DNA of 64,000 nt from Trichoplax adhaerens. Taxonomy: Eukaryota > Animalia > Placozoa. The notes under the pieces were generated by a model, which made no database searches, was not told the DNA's origin, and worked only from the letters and a program-made list of their open reading frames with translations. Below, piece after piece: positions 42,965 through 55,583 of this stretch (positions are counted from its first letter, which is position 1; the number at the start of each line of letters is the position of its first letter). The translations under genes and the position numbers were made by a program. Location: assembly GCF_000150275.1 (NCBI RefSeq), contig NW_002060947.1:4206335-4270334 (forward strand). Direction: 5' to 3'.

Positions 42965-45282
42965 TGGGTCTGTAATAAAGAAAAATACTTGAATAATTAC
43001 CCTAAATCAATACTGGGCTACTTACTGGAAGGCAGATACAAGAGTACAAGTATAAGAGTACAATGTTAGTTAGCCAGCAGATCGAATGAACTTCATTTGC
43101 AGTACAGGACAGTATAATTAAATAATTATTTTTAATTTTTCTCAATGTGTCATAACAGAAACATATGAAAACTAGTATTTCATTAGTTTCGATCTCTATT
43201 TATTTTTTCCCCCTAAGGATTGTCTACCTTGGAAGAATGCGTCACCATGGTTATTTTTTTTTACCCCTCCCATAAATATGAAATATATAATGAGTTTACT
43301 TCCAGGATCGCGTTTTACTGCTACTTATATAGGTAAAATGTACTATGATTAGTTACAATCTAAACTATAACTATGCACATCGTAGGCTAGATTGCGTCAT
43401 GACTTGTTTTCCTTTCCTCATTTATATTTTGCTTGTACTTGCTTATTATGCTGTGCCTGTGGGTGCGATCTACCGCAAAGTACAAAATTATCCAGCTTTA
43501 CCCCTTGAATAACAGTAGTATCCATCCATAATGGATTCCATACTGATCGCGGTGTATCTTAAGTTATTTTAGGTTATCTAAAGTTACACAAGCTATAAAA
43601 GTGCACATCGTAAAGTGCGTAATTATAGCTAAGGCCTAACTACTTGTAGAAGCCAGTGGAAATTTATACAACTTAAATGCGTCAATAATTTTACTACGGT
43701 AGACCAGAGTTTGTAGTTGTAGAGCATTAGAACGGACCACAGAACACAATTCTGTAAAAGATTCGCAGGATTGTAGTCATTCCTAATAAATATCTTCATC
43801 CATTTTAATCCAGTTAAATGAAAATCTGAATACCCAGATTGCCCAGCCTACTCAGTATAGTATCATTCACTGAGATGCAAAGGAGTATCGAAATTTTATT
43901 GACACTTTAGTCATTGCCACCGTCCATTGACATTTATGATAAAAAAAGGCATTTGGTTAAGTACGGACAAAGAAGTTGAGAAGTCTCCTATATCCAAGAG
44001 TCCTCCGGCTATTAAAGGTAGCATTTGTTGTAACCAAATCTTAAGATTGTATACTATATGGACTTTTCACCGTTGCGCTTCTCTGCTTCTCACAATTCAC
44101 AATAATATCTAAAATGAATCTCACACATGAGCTGTATTGACATTAGCCTACCTAATTATGGGCTCCGTATTGAAGCTGAGTGCCAATGTAGCATTTTAGA
44201 ACGAGGATAAATTTGATAATGTTGACTCTCTCACGCAGCAGCTATGGTGTGTAGTTCAAGGGTTTCAGATATTATTTCCTATAGTACCTGCTTTTCGAAG
44301 TTAGTAAAATTTAAATCCTTCGTTACTCTCAAATTCCTCAATTATGCATTATAATTTCGTTTCCGAATAACGTTACTGTTATATATCTGAATCTTACACT
44401 TAGTTAATGTTAGTATATGTTCCCCACGAAAATACATAGCAGTTACAATCTTAATATATATGTATTTAGCGTATCATATGCATACCATTTGCAATATTAG
44501 AAATGGAATACTTAAAGAATATAATGGAAGTTAACGCAACTATAGATCATGTTATTGCTCTTTGATTAGATATCAACAGATAAAGTCTTGCGCCTTCATC
44601 TTTAACGTAAGCTGAAAACTAATTAATCCTTTTCAACATTAGGAGTGTGTCGAAGCTTAACTCTTGCAACCGTATAATATTCCAACAGTCAAGGCAATAA
44701 AAAACTTATAAGGTGGTAAAATTTTATAGAAATTTCTTTCCAGTTGCACTTTTCTTTAAATGCAATGCACTGACAGATAGGATTTCGACCTACTTTCAAT
44801 CCACTGGTTGAAATGATTTGGATAAATTCGTTCATTTTTATTAAGACATTAAAAAGACCACAATTATAGCTCGGCTATAATATCAGTATTCTGTTATCAA
44901 TAAAACGCTCATTTTTCATGACTATTAACAAATACCTTTGCTACAGTAGGCTTCTTTTAAATAAAAATGCTAACATTTCACGAGTAACAACAAATACACA
45001 TGTTATTAGTACAATATTATAAATAAAAATACTTCAATTTGCATTATTATTTACAAATAGGCATGTTGTTGCATAAAGCTTTAAAAATGAAAATGCTTCA
45101 ATGTCACCATTTTTAAGGTTAACAGATAGATAGAATAGATCATGAAAGAGTATCATCATATGTATCATACATTATTTCTATTTTGTAGTATTGCGGTTAA
45201 TAGCAATTTAAATAAATAGTAGCCAGGAAAAGAGAAATTCCACACCACTAGGGTGGACATGCCCTAATAAAAATATGACTAT

Positions 45283-48200
45283 TTACAATATATTACAACA
45301 TTGGCTAACATGAGGATTAGACGTTGTCCTTGTACGTGGCAATGCAGAAAATAGCGCATCTTCAAAAATTGAAGATCCTATCGAAATATTGTCATATGGA
45401 TGGAAACGAATATGATTTCCAGAATGACCACCACCATTAATATTGTGATGATTGGTATTATTATGATCAGCATTAGTGCTGGAATAATGATTACTATTAT
45501 TATTAGGATTAGGCGAAAGATTATTCGTGGAATCATTTTGATTATCTAGTGAATTGCCGGATGTTATTTGTTCATCGCTCAGTTTAACATATTTATTGAT
45601 TCGTTCAATAATCTCCGAAAATTTCTCGCGTGGCGATAGATTTCTACCTTTACCTCCATGACCACCACCTTGGCCGCTCATATCGATGTAAATAAGTTGA
45701 GAAAAGCTAATAGCCATTGCACCTGGTGGTGGCCAATCGACCTTTTCCAACATGACAGGCACAATCGGCTTACCTAACATATCAGCTAAAATAATCTCTT
45801 TACTACAACTACTAGAAGAGACATACTTGGAGGTTACACATGCAATCACTAATTGGGCCTCTTTGATACCGTCGTAAATTTTTTGATATAGAATATCACC
45901 GCCACCCATTTGACCAATATCAATCCAACATTTATAGCCATACCTTCCTAATCGACTACATAAGGCTTTAGCTTCAGCTTGATGGTCCCATTGATAGCTG
46001 ATAAAAATTTCTGGTGAGGGTGTATCGGAGCGGACAATGTTGTTATTATTACTGTCTGAATTTTGAACGATACCTTATGATTGAAATTGAGCGTAAAAAA
46101 ATAATTGTAAGCTTATTTAATGGTATTGATACACTCTTAATATTCCTTCCAAATCAGTTTCAATCATTTAGTTAACGATCACAATACAGCTATCAAACAG
46201 AAGTCAACCTATACATTTATTTCGTGTTCGTTGTAATTGAAATAGAACATGAACTAAAATTCTAACATGACTGATTTCTTATTAGTATATACTCTATTAT
46301 AGCATACCTTTATTAATCTCAATTTCCTGCATTATGTGCATAACATCGTCGCGTTGTATTGACTGCAATATTTGATATAAATCATCGATGGTATTACTTT
46401 TACTCCAATCATTCAATATTGCATGTGCAGGATCTGCTGTTAAACTCCAATTACATATATCGATCTCACTATAGCCCATTTTTCGAGCCAATGTGCGCCA
46501 ATTAGCTTTACCAGGTAAAGTTAATAAATCGGTAACTTCATGGGGCCATTCAAATTCTTGTTCATTCTATCAATTTATTAATACATATGTTAGCTACTAG
46601 TTCTAATATGGAAGTCAATGAATGATAGTTTAATTATTTTAGATTTTTTCCAACATATACGAACTACATCATTAATTGTATCTATATCAAGACTTTAGTC
46701 ACTATAAATAGGTATAAAATAAATACCTTGCTACTGGACTTAATTAAGGATCCTAAGCTTTTCTTGTCTAGATTAAACACGGTAATAAAAAAAGCAATAG
46801 AAATTTAGTTATTACAAAATAGTGCCGGTATATTAATGATTGTATATTGATTAGCACTTATGTACGTCGATATCTAAAGATTTTAACTCTCAGTGGTCAA
46901 TATAGAACAACCTTTTTTAACTTCAGGACAAAACCACTTTTTATATGGTGCTGTACGAATTCTTCTATGATCACAGAGGACCAGCTAAAAAAATGCAATT
47001 TTTATGACCGTTTGATGACATATGTATAAAGATCTCTTCAATATTATATAAAATTCTTATGAATATAATCAAAAAGATGACCGTAGGCACAGCGTATTGA
47101 TTTATGGTTTAATTGATAATATTCCGAAGTAATAATCTCTTTTAAAGTGCAAAATAAAAATTTGTCATTAGTACTAAGCTAACCTTTGCAGACTTGCAGA
47201 GTTCTAATTCATGAAAATGCAAACACTCTTCTCTTTGACAACCATTAATGTTATGTTTTTCACATAACTTGTTGCATGTACAGGCTACAACAATTTGATA
47301 ATTAAGGTGACGGATCCAGGCTTTACGCAAGTTAGCCAATGTCGCTTTAACAAACTGCAAAACCTGTAAATAAAGTATTTAAATAAGAACTGTATATATT
47401 TCGGTGTTAATACTATTTACAGAGACTAATATATTTGCCAATCTTTTAATGAAATCATACCTTTGTACATGCTTGTCTATTTACTTCAATAACAACTCCT
47501 TCTTCCTCATCATCGAAGTTTGCTCGTTGGACAACAACCTATTAGTAAGGGTGTCATACAGGGTATCATTTATAGGTTAGGATTTACTTCTTATTTATAG
47601 TGAGCCAGACTGTAACAACAAAAGCATCTATTGTAGCCATTAACTGGTACATTACAAAACTATTAACCTTTATTCGTGCAAATCGCATAGGTGCTCGATG
47701 TAGTATAAAATCATGATCTTCATCTAAATAAAATCGAGCACAGTTATTATATAAATAAGGCTCTCGACCACCACATTCTTGTGTCCATCTAACGACATGC
47801 ATTAATAAGCGATTATAAAATCCATCTGGCAGAAATCCGTCAAAGTCAACATAGAACGATATATCCCAGTTATTATGAATGTAGATATCTTCAATCCTCT
47901 TGGGATTTTGCAACCGTGATGGTAAATAATACGTATTTCCACATTCCGCATAATCAGTACAATCAGATGATCCCTATAAAATAAGAATAAATTTAAAAAT
48001 AAGATAGTAAATAAAAGATGACTGACATTTAGGTAGAAATTGATAAAACAGCTAATGAAAGATAGTTATTTATTTTCTTAGGTGCTATAGTGAATTTGTT
48101 GGACCTTTCGGGGAATTAATCGACGACATAGCAGATCAAACGATTCCATTAAATTTAGTAACATTGATTTATGATCGATGATATCACCCCACATATAATT

Positions 48201-51200
48201 GATTAAATCGTCAGTCAATATTCCTCGTTTATTAAGTAATTCTAATGAATTCGATTTCATGGAAAACTGAAATAAGATAAGAACAAATTTCAAAATAGAT
48301 ATTTATAAGCTTTAAAGTTTCATCATTACTAAACAATTGAGTTTATGTTCGTTAACTAATAGTCAAAAATATGATTACATTTTATCCGTAATTATACCAA
48401 TCATGTACTAACGTTATTGCCTATGTTTTTCAAAGTTAAAATTTTAACAAAAGAATCAGCCAACCATAACGGATCAAGAATAACAGTAATATTGTTGGAT
48501 GTATTCCCGACTGAATCTTGATAGTGTACAATATTGCCAAGATCGTGATAGTATTGTAACATGACTTTAATAGCAGATCGATCGATAATATGCGATTCCG
48601 ATGCAATTAACTGATAAACCTAATAATACATAATAATTTTTAGTATGAAAAAGATTAGTGCGCAAAGATAATATCATCCGTATCACAAAATGAATAATGT
48701 TATTGTAGTAATGAAAATATGCTATAGATATGGTACAGTATTTGTCAATGCAAGAGTAAAAAAATGTGACAGCACTGGTAAATCGAGTTACAGTACAATA
48801 TTATTTATGTATCTATTGAATTTAAAAACTATTCAAATGGCTATTTATATAACCTTAAAATAATTATTATCAATCGATAATTATTGTTTGATTGTTATAT
48901 TTCTTTTACGCAATTAAAACTATGTTCAGTCTAGTCTTATTAGTTAATCAATACTAAATTTAATTATACTTATTAAACGCTCACTGAACTGACATAAATA
49001 TTCTTATTCCAAGAAATACTACCTTATCGTCTAGACAATAAACCTATTTACTTATTTATTTATTAATTTGTCCGCAGAAACGGTGTCAATAACCATACAC
49101 AATTCAGCTATAAGTCGATTTTAATCATGAGCTTAATTGCTTTAGCACTGACCTCATCGGATGATATTAAATGCTTTCCTTCTTTCGTCATTTGTCGAGA
49201 TAGGCATTCAAATTTTAGCCACTGGATCGGTATCTTTTCACTGATAAAAGGTTGTGATTCTACAGCATTGTCGATGCTTTGAATAAGTTTGGCCAACTAC
49301 ATAATATCATAAAAAAGAAATCTTATTTAAATTCTTTCCATGACATTAAATCCACTGTTCTCATCAAAAAATAAAATAAATCTATTAAATTGCGAACATT
49401 TTTTTACTTACCTCCTCGTCTTGATCATCATCTAATTGATCATCAATTGCAAAAAATATTGGGGCCATATGCCTAGCGTAAGGTTTACCCCGTAGGTTTT
49501 CCTGTATCCTATCAAATCTATAGTTTATTAATTTGTTACGTTCCTAATAGGAAGCAAAGAATTGTCGTTAGAAAGAGCTTATATTCTATCATATCTCAAT
49601 GGCCTTTACATTAATAATAATACAATCAAAAATTTTAAATATGCTCTTAATTTTTTATTGTTGGAGGTTAGCTATTATTTACCCGAATATAAACAAAATA
49701 ATATTACATACATTTTTCGACTTACTGTGATATTACTACCAAGTTTATTCTTGTTAATGCCAATGATAAATACGGTAGGTGTTAGAAGAGTAGCTTTACG
49801 ACTGGGGTTTTGACCAACAGCGCAAGAGTAAATGGAGCTCATCCAGTATAAAATAAAATCCAGTACACATAATTCATTTCCCTCCTATCAAAAAATTTAT
49901 AATTTGAGTTAAACTTCATATGCATTCACTTAAAGTTTTTTGTGTCAGGGACTACTAAAAGAAGTAGTCTCTGTTAGTATGGATATATAATTAAATAAAA
50001 AATAAATTAAAAGTAAATTGTTCACTACGAATGTCGATTCTAATTAGTACAATTGTAAAACGACTAAAGTTTAATTTTAGACACTATACCGATTCTTCAA
50101 TATCTTCGGTTAAATCGAAAGCGATGATATAGATTGATTTATTGTTGCAAAACATCTACATTATCCAGATAATAATAAAATGGAAATTAATAGCTAATAA
50201 GGGGAAATTTCTGATTTAGAGTGAACGATTAAATATAGGAAGTGCAACGATGGTTTCAAAAGTTTGGCGATCGCAATTAACTTACACGATAAGATAAATT
50301 GTGTATAGGTTGTCCACTTAAATCCCAGACATCATGAGTTTTTAAGATCTCCTCATTGGGCTTAACTTCGATATTATTTTTTTCATGATTATCAATATCA
50401 CAATTTTCAATCATTTTGCATACAATTTGTTTCATTGTAGGGGCTAAGCTGTTTAATATTGCTTCATGCTGTTGACTAGCTTGCAGGGTCGAATCGGAAG
50501 TTTGTAATTCCTTCGACAAATGCCAGCTAGGAGAATAACTTGGTTCATCTTCAATATCACAAATATCATGATCGTCAATATAACGATCTTCGTCATTGAC
50601 ATTCATATTAGATTCATCAATATCTTGATTATCGATTATACTTTCTAATTTGGTAACAATGCTTTTAGCTAATGCTTGATCTAGTTGTTCTTGAATTTTT
50701 TCCATTTCATCTATTTTAATTGACAATAAAATCATAATTGAGAATGTACTATAGATGAATTTCGCTATACCGCATATTTAAACAACGAAAGGGGCAAGAC
50801 TTCTGAGTGTCAATACTGCATCATCATTTTAGGTATTGATTATAGCTATTTTACATCTTTATTTATAACAGCATGATAGGTTACCTTCTATGGTGGAAAA
50901 CGAATATTTCTTATCCAAAGCATCTTTTCCGCCTTCTTCTACTAAAGGACTTAAATTACCTTGACCTAAAGTATCAAAATTGTTCATTGCGAAAATTTTA
51001 AAAACAAACGAATTAATTACAATAAATATTTAGTAGATTTAACAGTTCCATGTACTTTATAACTTTTAAGCTACTTGTACAGAGAAATAACGTAGTTATA
51101 AATATGATGTAGATATGTATTACCTTTCAGGATTTTACTAATTGTTTGTCGGGGAAGCTGATCTTTACTTAAGATTACAAAGCGAATTCGACGAACATTT

Positions 51201-54200
51201 CGACAATCAAACTGTGAAGCTTTATTATATGCTGCAATAGCATCTTTACCATGTGCTAAAATTTCCGGTGGAACTTATGGTTTGACAGAAGAGCGAGAAT
51301 GATACAAATCAGAAAATTGGATAATATAGATTTTGATCAATGTCTATGTAGTTCTATAGCAGGGAATATTTCAAGAAAAAGCTTGCATTTCTTGAGTAGT
51401 CCCTGTTTAAAGTACTATCAAGCAAATAAAACTTTAGTCTATTCGAACAGTACCAAATACGATATTAAAGAAAGTAATGAACATTTATGGTAAACTTCTA
51501 TCCGTGCACGTTTGATAGGGAATAAAAGATCTTTAAATAATATCGCAGATGTTTATTGTAATAAAAAAGATACTACCGGTAATTGTTGCAAAGACATTAT
51601 TCGCTAGGCGTTTCTTTATTTCATTTACATTTAATCTAATAATTTACATTATAGTTTCAACCTATATCTAAGGAAAACCTCTATTACGATCGTTAACCAT
51701 ATCTCTGGTTTGGATTAACTTACTATTTTCATTCCCTTCCGGCACGATGGTAGCACAATCACAGTTACCATACAAATTAATAATGCCATAGACGTTATTA
51801 GTAACATCCGTAGCTATCGCACCTAGAAAGACAAAATAAGCAGTATCGTTGGAAAATGCATTAAAAGTGTAAAGTAGTTCATAGTTATATTTAATTAATT
51901 TGTCAACTCGGATTTTTCAGCGGCACCATAGTTAATCAAGTACATAAACTATTTCTCTGTCCTAACTGTTACTCTAATTAATAATTATCAATCGGTATTT
52001 TGCTTTAGATAGATACAATCTCCAGTATAAGTACGCCATATTTAATTTGAGTTATACCTATACTATAACAAATTAGTAAGGTATGATGTTTCATAGCAAC
52101 AGCTACTTAACTCATCAATCAATATTTACTTCCGATAAGCAATATTATTAGGTCAAGTTAATAAGCTTCGCGTGAATATTATCATGTGCAGCTACTACAT
52201 ATTGAATTGTAATAATTGCCAAATGTTGTACGAGAATTTTCGATTTGATTTAGTAATAGAGTGTTAACGTGTTTACTATTCGCTTTGTAAATTATACTTT
52301 TATAACGATTCCTCATTAAAAATTTCTAATTTACCAGAACTTTATGATAAATGTAATCATAAAGTTACGTTCTGAAATATATCTCAAATGCCACATGAAC
52401 GTAAAATAATTTATGCCATCTCAGTCCCCACTACCGTAAGTTATGCTTTAACGTACGATAAATATAGATTATTTCATAAATGTGAGAAATTAACCTAAGT
52501 CATTGCCATTAATGTACGCATGAACATGACCATTTGTCTTTCGACTAATACCAAAATAATCGCCCATCTTCAAAGAATGCAATCCTTGATGATGGCAGTA
52601 ATTTTGACATTGACCATGGACATAAAGATTTTTATCGCTGAGAATCCAATTTGGAGATTGTTGTATTCCTACTAAAGAGCGGGGGAATTGTAAACTGGTT
52701 GGTGATGCAGTTGTTAAACCAATTTGTAAGTTCCCATTCCATCTTGTCATAACATTGTCAATTCTTAACTGAAATAATTCATTATCTTGTAAAGGACGAT
52801 TTGTCATAAAAGTAGCAGCATCGAATTGACTGACTGCATTTTTACGGCTAGCAATCGTAAAATCGGACGATAACATGCCATTTAATCCATGTCTAGAATA
52901 AAAAAGTAAAGGAGTTCGGGGATTCGAAGCTGAAAGTAAAAATAAAGGCAAATAGATATTAAGAGAAAGGCGATAATCAGTCAATATTAATCTCTTTTTT
53001 AGCTTCATTGATATTTACCATTTCACAATATTGCTATTACTACAGATTCCTTTTACATTTAAAGTTTACGGAGAAGTTGTAGCAATCAAGTATTAGAATA
53101 TTCTAACGTATAAAATTTATTAGAAGAAAGATTTACCTGCAGGCTGTTCTCCAAGATAGTCTATCCTTACTTTACAATCGCCAATAATTGTTGATATCAT
53201 AGGATAAAGAATTTTTCCTTGTAGTCCGTGAAAGGCAATCCCTAGGTTAACACCATTAACTTCGTAAGATAAAGTTCCTCTATCCATATCTAAGATAACG
53301 CAAAATTTCTTAAATCTAGATAATTCTTGATTTAATATGTTACTGCCATCTTCGCCATCTTGATTCTGGTTATGCAAATGATTAAGCATCGGGTAATGGC
53401 CTTGTTCAATATTTGCATGTATTAATACTCTTTTGCTGATATTCCATCCCCAACTATTAGTACTACAACCAATTAGGCTGGTATAGCCTGTACAATGCAG
53501 ACACTCTTTCTTGTTACCAACACCGGCAACGGAATGAGATCCTAAAAATATAGGTATAAAATCATACATAGGATCAATTAAAAATTCATCCCAATAATTA
53601 AGAGCAATTTCTGTTTGAAACTGAATTACTTGATTAGTTAATAAATTAAAACTTTAACTATATTACTTTAGCATTTCCTTAAGCAATATTAATCATGATC
53701 AATCTATGGTCGTTATATCAAAATGATTCAATATATCTTAGAACTACTCTATACCAGAGCCGATAGTAAATAGGCCACTCTTGATTCAAAATTGATCAAC
53801 AAAATAGATTCACAGTAACATGAACTAGCAACATTATTGAAAGACAAGGACTGAAGTAAAAATTTATATGTATGGTATGTTTTATAAAGAGAAAAGATTA
53901 CATGATAAATAGTGATACTATGTTTATTTGATATCATCAAATAGAGATTTGCGACCATTTCTCAAGAATAATTCATCAATTCCACTATGTTCATTACATG
54001 TTTAATATATGGTATTAAAATGACTAGACTTTAGAAGACTCGATTTACGTATGTGCATGCTGATCATTGATTAATAAATGACTGAAACAGATTTGAAAAT
54101 CGAAGCCTTAAATTACAGCAATCATAAAATGTAATTTATCATCGCCATTAGCAGAAAGAAACGAAGTACAAAATGACAGTAGTGTTAACATAACAAATGG

Positions 54201-55583
54201 ATTTACCATAGCAAAATACACATTACTCGTATAATGATGCATGCAATGGTTAATAATTTACGAAAGATAACGTATGTAAATTAACGTTTTCGTATATGGA
54301 GTATGACTGATTCATAATTATTATCACAACAGACTTAATCTATTGATTGTGATATCGGGTATGCTATATGTATTGCCTAGAAAGATTGAAACTAACTACT
54401 ATGATTCGTTAATTCAAATTTAGTAGCAGTAATTTACAGTGATACCACTCCAACACGTTTTCGGGATAGGGATAATTACGTTCAAAACTGAACTTGATAA
54501 TAAAGCTATTCAGGATCAAATAGAGGACGCAGATGACATAAAATCTATTTTTAAGATAGAACTCAGCAAGAAATTAACGGAAAAGATACTAACCTAAATC
54601 TCCTTGCCATGTTAATTGCCAAACATGTCTACCATTCTCTATGCTTCGATTACATCGAATAGCATCAGTTGATTGGACTGCTTTCTGCCTCTGACAAGCA
54701 TGAAGATCATCGTCCAGAACATGAATATTAACTGAACAATCATCTGGATTCCATGTATATAGATTGGCCATTTCTTGACCTGGCCGACGGTTGCCTGATG
54801 ATCAATAATTTGAGTAAATTATGAGGATAGAATATCTTCATGAATTAATGTCCTTACTAAACGACATACTATATGAATTATTATTAGCTTAATCAAAGCT
54901 ATCCTGAAATAACAGGATAGTTCATAATGCTTTAGGATTACTTTGTTAAATACTTATTTAAGGTTACCAAGAATGACAGTAAACTTACCAAGATAAATGA
55001 TTGAAACTTCTGCATTGCCATAGACTTCGCTAACCATTGGATAAAGAGATTTTCCAACTAGCCCAGTACAACAGATACCAAGATATTTACCCTCAGCTTC
55101 AAATGCTAATGTTCCATTTTCCATATCCAGATAGACTATAACTTCACTCGGTGCTTGGTAATCAAGAGCCATAGACGGATAGCAAGTTAATGATTTCTTT
55201 CCTGCACTATAGCTAATCTTGTTAGTAATATCCCAGCCCCAAGCGTTAGGGTCTTGCTCAATTAATGTTGTGTAACCTTTACAATGTAGTATGGCTTCTT
55301 TTGAGCCAACACCTGCTACTGCATGGCTACCTCGTGGAGTTAACCATTTTAATTTCCAAGCATGATGGCCATGAGTATAGCCATATCTACCTCTAATAGC
55401 ATCGGTTGATCGACGAGCTGGCCTTCGATAAAAGGTTAATGGGTCATCGTCTTTAATGTAAATATTTTTGGAATGATCTGCGGGATGCCAAGAATGAATA
55501 ATTTCCTGATTGAGTTCATTTTTACAAATCGAGTCGTGTTTATCACCATGGCGGACGACATGATCACGACTAGTTGTTACCAT
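45283..55583 (-). CDS. Roco-family multidomain protein: SPRY-SPRY-NHR(neuralized)-Roc(degenerate)-COR-Death-TIR, ~19 exons
   Basis: SPSB-type SPRY1 (54989-55583; HSW...STDAIRG...GSHAVAGV...LDMENGTL...LYPMVSEVYG). SPRY2 (54594-54796 plus 53138-53541). NHR (52496-52929 plus ~51724-51822; FMTNRPL...LRIDNVMTRWNGNLQIG...VYGIINLYG). Roc (51124-51273 PPEILAHGKDAIAAY; WDLSGQ ~50310; IYIIAFDLT ~50120; YWMSSI...VFIIG ~49765-49850). COR (KIPIQWLKFE; YYHDLGNIVHY...ILDPLWL; YYLPSRL; FLPDGFYNRLL). Death domain (~46305-46566 NWRTLARKMGYS...LQSIQRDDV). TIR (45283-46073 IFISYQWD...CWIDIGQMGGGD...CSKEIILA...IVPV). Splice phases are consistent at most junctions checked; the one near 51640-51720 is ambiguous. 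Confidence 0.82.

Noticed and set aside
53120-55583. Stand-alone SPSB/Gustavus genes
   Set aside because: No SOCS box follows either SPRY domain, and each ends at a phase-1 GT donor that continues into the next domain's exon.
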